From: Meiothermus sp.
GTDB taxonomy: Bacteria; Deinococcota; Deinococci; Deinococcales; Thermaceae
DNA: 64,000 bases
Assembly (NCBI GenBank): GCA_033762915.1
Contig: JANRLD010000107.1
Span: forward strand, 1-64,000
Direction of reading: 5' to 3'
The notes beneath the pieces are model-generated. The model did no database searches, was not told where the DNA came from, and worked only from the letters and a program-made list of their open reading frames with translations. This document shows positions 58,273 to 64,000 of this stretch, piece by piece; the stretch's first letter is position 1, and each line of letters starts with the position of its first letter. The translations under genes and the position numbers were made by a program.

Positions 58273-58755
58273 ATGATCTCCCTCATCGTTGCCGCCTCAC
58301 AAAACCGGGCCATCGGTCGGGAGAACCGGTTGCCCTGGCACCTGCCCAACGACCTCAGATACTTCCGGCGCGTGACCAAGGGCAGCCCGGTCATCATGGG
58401 GCGCAAGACCTTTGAGTCCATCGGGTGGCCCCTGCCGGGCCGGCAGAACATCGTGGTCACGCGGGATAAGGCCTACCGCGCCGAGGGCTGCGAGGTGGTG
58501 AACTCGCTGGAGGCTGCCTTCCTGGCGGCCCAGCAGGACAGAGAAATCTTCGTCATCGGGGGAGCCGATCTGTACCGTCAGGCGCTAGGATTGGCGGGCC
58601 GCATCTACCTCACCGAGGTCCACGCCGAGGTCGAGGGCGACGCCTTCTTCCCCGACCCCGGCCCCGACTGGCAAGAGGTAAGCCGGGAGCACCACCCGGC
58701 CGACCTCGAGCACGCCCATGCCTTCGACTGGGTGGTGCTGGAGCGTCGGACCTGA
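58273..58755 (+). CDS. folA: Dihydrofolate reductase
   Basis: LPWHLPND, IMGRKTFES, LPGRQNIV, VIGGA, EGDAFFP. Confidence 0.97.
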   Translation: MISLIVAASQNRAIGRENRLPWHLPNDLRYFRRVTKGSPVIMGRKTFESIGWPLPGRQNIVVTRDKAYRAEGCEVVNSLEAAFLAAQQDREIFVIGGADLYRQALGLAGRIYLTEVHAEVEGDAFFPDPGPDWQEVSREHHPADLEHAHAFDWVVLERRT

Positions 58756-58807
58756 GGGCGGGGCTTAGGCCTCCCGCCGGGCCCCGTTCCCGACGCCTCG
58801 ACTGCGC

Positions 58808-59926
<1,119 letters not shown>

Positions 59927-59935
59927 CGGGGGCCC

Positions 59936-61105
59936 CTATTTGCCGCTCAGCTTGCCCAGCGACGGGGCGTGCTGGGCCTCGCGCGGGGCGGTGCCGGTGG
60001 GAGTTTGCTTGTTGGCGATGGTGCGCTCGAGTTGCCGCTGCATGGCCTGCCAGGTGTTGTCCCAGGACATCCCGCTGATCAGCGCGTCGGCCCTGACCTG
60101 CCGGGCCTGCTGGTCGTTGGAGAGGGCCTTGCGGAGGGCCCGGCAGAAGGCGTCCGGGCCGTTTGCGATGTAGACCACTCCGGCTTCGCCGTAGGGCCGC
60201 ACCACGTCCTTGATGGACGTCGAAACCACCGGCTTGCCCGCCGCCAGGTATTCCGGCGTCTTGGTGGGGGAGATGAAGCGGGTGGACTCGTTGAGCGTGA
60301 AGGGCAGAAGGGCCACGTCCCAGTGGGCCAGGTAGGCCGGCAGCTCGGCGTAGGTCTTGCGGCCCAGGAAGTGCAGGTTGGGCCGCTCGGGAAGGTCGGA
60401 GGGGTCGATCTTGGCCAGCGGCCCCACCAGCACAAACTCGACCTCAGGCATGCGCTCGGCGCAGGAGTCCAGGAGTTCCAGGTCCATGCGCTCGTCGATC
60501 ACACCGTAAAAGCCCGCCCGGGGGTGGCGGAGCTGCTGGAGGTCGTGGGGTTCGGGGAGCAGGCGCCGGGCCTTGGCGAAGTGCTCGACCTCGACCGAGG
60601 AGGGGAAGCAGTGGACATTGGGGTTCTGGGCGCACTTGGCCTCGTATAGGCTGACCCCCCCGGTGAACACGATGTCGGCCCGCTCGAAGAGTTGCTTTTC
60701 GCGCTGGCGCAGGATGGGGGGGGCGAAGCGGAAGTTGGCCAGCTCATCCATGCAGTCGTACACGACGGCCTGGGGCTTGAGACCCCCCAGGTAGTACAGC
60801 GGCATCGGGCTGTACATCCACAGCACGAAGCGCTCCACCGCCTGGTCGGCCAGCAGACCATCGAGCATCTGTCGGCACATGCGGCCGACTTGTACCTCGT
60901 CGAGGCCGGTGGGCAGGTGCGGGGTGGCGACAAGCACGCCGGAGTCGCGCCGGGTCTCGAGGTGGGGCGGCAGGTCCTCGGCGAATACCGGCTCCTCCCA
61001 GTAGATCACCTTGCGCCCCTTGGCGGCCCGGGTCATCAGGTGCTGCGGGCGCTGGAACACCAAATCCCAGCGTAAATGGCTGACGCAAACCAGGTCATAG
61101 TTCAT
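59936..61105 (-). CDS. Glycosyltransferase (GT-B, GT4-like)
   Basis: SHLRWD.V.QRPQHL, VYDCMDEL, SPTKTPEYLAAGKPVVST. AAAGGA RBS before the ATG at 61105. Confidence 0.9.
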   Translation of the reverse strand: MNYDLVCVSHLRWDLVFQRPQHLMTRAAKGRKVIYWEEPVFAEDLPPHLETRRDSGVLVATPHLPTGLDEVQVGRMCRQMLDGLLADQAVERFVLWMYSPMPLYYLGGLKPQAVVYDCMDELANFRFAPPILRQREKQLFERADIVFTGGVSLYEAKCAQNPNVHCFPSSVEVEHFAKARRLLPEPHDLQQLRHPRAGFYGVIDERMDLELLDSCAERMPEVEFVLVGPLAKIDPSDLPERPNLHFLGRKTYAELPAYLAHWDVALLPFTLNESTRFISPTKTPEYLAAGKPVVSTSIKDVVRPYGEAGVVYIANGPDAFCRALRKALSNDQQARQVRADALISGMSWDNTWQAMQRQLERTIANKQTPTGTAPREAQHAPSLGKLSGK

Positions 61106-61177
61106 GGCGGTCCTTTCTTGGAAGACAGACTTCTTTATCCCCGCCCTTTCAGGCGGGGAGGCGTTGGGGCTTCCATC

Positions 61178-61267
61178 GTGGTTCCCACCATTACCTCCCT
61201 CGAGGTGGCAGGTAATGTACTCCCTATAGCAAAAACCGCAGTAGGGAGTATGCGTGGGAACCGCTCC
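61178..61267 (-). repeat. Best-paired copy of the three-way-junction element
   Basis: GGTTCCCAC/GTGGGAACC, TACTCCCTA/TAGGGAGTA and CATTACCT/AGGTAATG stems. Confidence 0.78.
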
Positions 61268-61416
61268 ATGCCCCAAGGATGCAACCCCCCATTGACCAAC
61301 CCCTGAACCACTGCTGAGGTTGCCCTGAAACACCTACTTTTTACCGTCAGAGCCGCAAAAAACGGGTTAGTCTTGGGGCCGCAGCTGGGGGGGCTTGGGA
61401 GCCCCTTTACCCGCGG

Positions 61417-64000
61417 TCAGGTCGCGTTGACCAGGCTCAGCTCAAGCAGCTTGGGTAGCCGCACCGTCACAACCGTGCCCCGGCCCAGCTCGCTCTCGAG
61501 GCCAATCTCGCCGCCGTGCTGCTCGACGATCCACTTGGCGATGGAGAGGCCCAGCCCGGTGCCGCCGGGATCCTGGCCGCCGAAGGCCCAGGTCTTGGAA
61601 CGGGAGAGGTCGGCGCGGTAGAAGCGCTCGAAGACGTGGGGAAGGTCTTCCTTGGAGATGCCGATGCCGGTGTCGGAGACGCGCAGCACCACGTTGGTTT
61701 CATCGGGGATCACCTCGAGGCGCACGACTCCGCCGGGCGGGGTGTACTTAAGGGCGTTCTCGAGCAGGATGATGGCGAGCTGTTTGAGGCGGTCGCGGTG
61801 GCCACTCACCAGCACCTGCGGGGGCGGCTCTGCCAACAGCTGTTTGTCGGTGGCGAGGGGGCCGAGCTCGCTCAGGGTCTCGCGCACCACCGCGCCGAGG
61901 TCGGTAGGAACGAGCTGCAGACTGGTCCCGGCGTCGCCGCGGGCCAGGGCCAGCAGGTCGGAGACCAGGCGGCCCAGCCGGATGGCCTCACGGGCGGCCT
62001 CGTCCAGCGCGGCCTCGCGGTCTTCGCGGGTCATGTTGCGGAAGCGCTGCAGCAGCTCGAGGTTGCCCTGGATACTGGTCAGCGGAGCCCGCAGCTCGTG
62101 GCTAGCGTCGGCCACAAAGCGCTTCTGGGCCTCCACCAGCTCCAGCAGCCGGCGCTCTGAGGCGCGCAGGGCCTCCTCGGCCAGCCTGCGGTCGTGGATG
62201 TCGGTGGAGGTGCCATACCAGCCCACCAGCCGGCCGCCTTCCTGGAGGGGGATAGCCGAGTGCAAGAACCAGCGGTACTCGCCGTCGGCCCCCTGGACCC
62301 GCACCTCGACCTGGAAGACCCCCAGCTCTGCTCGAGCCGCCTCGCCCGCCGCGGCGAAGCCGGCCAGGTCTTCGGGGTGAATGAGGTTGAACTCGCCGCT
62401 TGCGATCTGCTCGAAGCTCAGGCCGGTGTAGTTCAGCAGGCGCCCGTTGACGTAGCTGAGGCGGTCGTTGGCGTCGAAGACCCACACCATCTGCGGGGTG
62501 GCCTCGGCCAGCCAGCGGAAGCGCTGCTCGCTCTGGCGCAGGGCGTCTTCGTAGCGCTTGCGTTCCGTCACCTCGATCAGCACCACCCCCACCCCGAGCA
62601 CCACGCCGTCCTCGCGCACGACCCGGTAGACGTTTTCGAGCCAGTCCCGCCGCTGCCCCGGGGCCTTGGCGGTCTCGCCCTGGAGTTCCACGTTGAGCAG
62701 TGGCTTGCCCGTGCGGAGCACCTCCTCCAACAGCGGACGGACCGTGGGCGCTAGGTTGGGCACCACCTCGTCAATGGTGCGGCCCAGGTGGGCCTCCACC
62801 GGCAGCCCGTTGATCTCGGCCAGGGCTTGGTTGACCCGAAGGAAGCGCAGCTCGGGGTCGATCAGGGCGAAGCCTACCGGGGAGGCCGTGAGGAGGGTGT
62901 CGAGCAGCAGCCGTTCGGTCTCGACCGCTGTCAGCAGACGTTCGCGCTCCAGTTCGACCCACTTGCGCTCGGTGATGTCGACGAAGACCCCCACGCTGCC
63001 GCGCACCTGGCCCGCCTCGTCGAAGAGCGGGGTGGCGTACTCGAGCAGCTCCAGGGTGCTGCCGTCGGCCCGCTCGATCTGGTACTCGAGGTCGCGCAGG
63101 CTCTGGCCGGAGGCAGCGGCCAACTGCATGGGCAACTGCTCGGCGGGCACCTCGGCCCCGTCCTTCAGCACCCGGAAGGGCAGCGCGTCGGGGTCGGGAC
63201 GGCTCTTGGAGGCGTTCATCTGCAGCCCCACCCCCAACATGGCCGCGCCCGCCGGGTTCATGCTGACCTCCGCGACGGCCGGGTCGGTGGCGATGGCGAT
63301 CCCCACCGGCACCGTGTCGAGCACAGCCCGCAGGTCGTGGGTCAGGCGCATCAGCTCGGCCTCGTGGCGCTTGCGCTGGCTGACGTCGCTGAACAGCACC
63401 GCCACCCGCCGCTGCTCGGGCCGCCCCACCCGCATGGCGTAGCCCTCGAACCAGCGCCCCATCGCCTCCGAGCCCTCCTCAAAGCGCAGCGGCTGGCCGG
63501 TCTCGGCCACGCCGGCGTAGCGCTCCACCCAGTCGCGCTCGAGGCCCGGCACCATCTCGAGGGCGGTGCGGCCCTGCGCCCCCTCGAGGCCGGTCTGCTC
63601 GGCGAAGGTGGGGTTGACCTCGACGAATCGGTAGTCGACTGCCCGCCCGTCCTGGTAGATCATGTCCATAACGCAGAAGCCCTGGTCGATGGACTCGAAG
63701 AGGGTTCGGTAGCGCTCCTCACTGTCGCGCAGGGCATCCTCGACCCGCTTGCGCTGGGTGATGTCCAGCACCGCCGCCCCCACCAAAAGGGTCTGGCCAT
63801 CGACTTGCACCGGGAACCAGCTGGCCAGGGCGTGTCGCTCGTGGGAGGGGTCGTCCGGGGTTGGGCCGCTGACTTCCACGCCGTAAACCCCCTGGCCGCT
63901 CTCCAGCACCTGCCGCAGCTCTGCCTCGGCGAGCTGGGCGGTCTTTGGGGCGATCCCGTGGGCCAGGGCCAGTTCGCTCATGCGGCGGCCGATGTGGGCC
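61417..64000 (-). CDS. Multi-PAS sensor histidine kinase (5' end outside window)
   Basis: Multiple PAS/PAC domains, H-box ASHELRAPL, N-box LLENALKY, G-boxes DTGIG and GTGLGL. Confidence 0.93.
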   Translation of the reverse strand, partial: AHIGRRMSELALAHGIAPKTAQLAEAELRQVLESGQGVYGVEVSGPTPDDPSHERHALASWFPVQVDGQTLLVGAAVLDITQRKRVEDALRDSEERYRTLFESIDQGFCVMDMIYQDGRAVDYRFVEVNPTFAEQTGLEGAQGRTALEMVPGLERDWVERYAGVAETGQPLRFEEGSEAMGRWFEGYAMRVGRPEQRRVAVLFSDVSQRKRHEAELMRLTHDLRAVLDTVPVGIAIATDPAVAEVSMNPAGAAMLGVGLQMNASKSRPDPDALPFRVLKDGAEVPAEQLPMQLAAASGQSLRDLEYQIERADGSTLELLEYATPLFDEAGQVRGSVGVFVDITERKWVELERERLLTAVETERLLLDTLLTASPVGFALIDPELRFLRVNQALAEINGLPVEAHLGRTIDEVVPNLAPTVRPLLEEVLRTGKPLLNVELQGETAKAPGQRRDWLENVYRVVREDGVVLGVGVVLIEVTERKRYEDALRQSEQRFRWLAEATPQMVWVFDANDRLSYVNGRLLNYTGLSFEQIASGEFNLIHPEDLAGFAAAGEAARAELGVFQVEVRVQGADGEYRWFLHSAIPLQEGGRLVGWYGTSTDIHDRRLAEEALRASERRLLELVEAQKRFVADASHELRAPLTSIQGNLELLQRFRNMTREDREAALDEAAREAIRLGRLVSDLLALARGDAGTSLQLVPTDLGAVVRETLSELGPLATDKQLLAEPPPQVLVSGHRDRLKQLAIILLENALKYTPPGGVVRLEVIPDETNVVLRVSDTGIGISKEDLPHVFERFYRADLSRSKTWAFGGQDPGGTGLGLSIAKWIVEQHGGEIGLESELGRGTVVTVRLPKLLELSLVNAT

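Noticed and set aside
61178..61267. Known riboswitch upstream of the glycosyltransferase
   Set aside because: It lacks the conserved cores of riboswitches I know, and other copies lie after stop codons of unrelated genes.

Overview
This GC-rich bacterial window is most consistent with Meiothermus/Calidithermus (Thermaceae). The evidence is the extreme excess of the palindrome CTCGAG and the many leaderless TANNNT-N6/7-start promoters; the taxon call is inference. The window has five parts. (1) 1-1666: a low-GC VOC dioxygenase plus esterase pair. (2) 1726-19807: about 24 co-oriented, mostly translationally coupled minus-strand genes that resemble an orphan toxin-immunity array (Imm49, Imm59/SMI1-KNR4-like, LRR, HEAT/LRV repeats, and two unrecognised repeated domains), with no toxin gene visible. 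(3) 21.1-29.8 kb: a decayed duplicate of part 4. Two of its pseudogene breakpoints fall exactly on CTCGAG. (4) 31.5-45.1 kb: three SARP/BTAD-STAND-TPR regulators (two with a C-terminal DUF1670-like HTH), a coupled globin, a DKNYY lipoprotein and small proteins. Four promoters across parts 3 and 4 share a SARP-type GCCACGC-N4-GCCACGC-N9-(-10) box. (5) 45-64 kb: accessory and housekeeping genes (molybdopterin oxidoreductase, GH16, XRE operon, Ig-RCC1 lipoprotein, thyA-folA, glf plus glycosyltransferase, PAS kinase). Several structured intergenic elements are present, including a multi-copy three-way-junction element and a ~265-nt strand-asymmetric hairpin. No rRNA, tRNA, CRISPR array or transposase was recognised. 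All domain names are from motif recognition by eye, not database searches.
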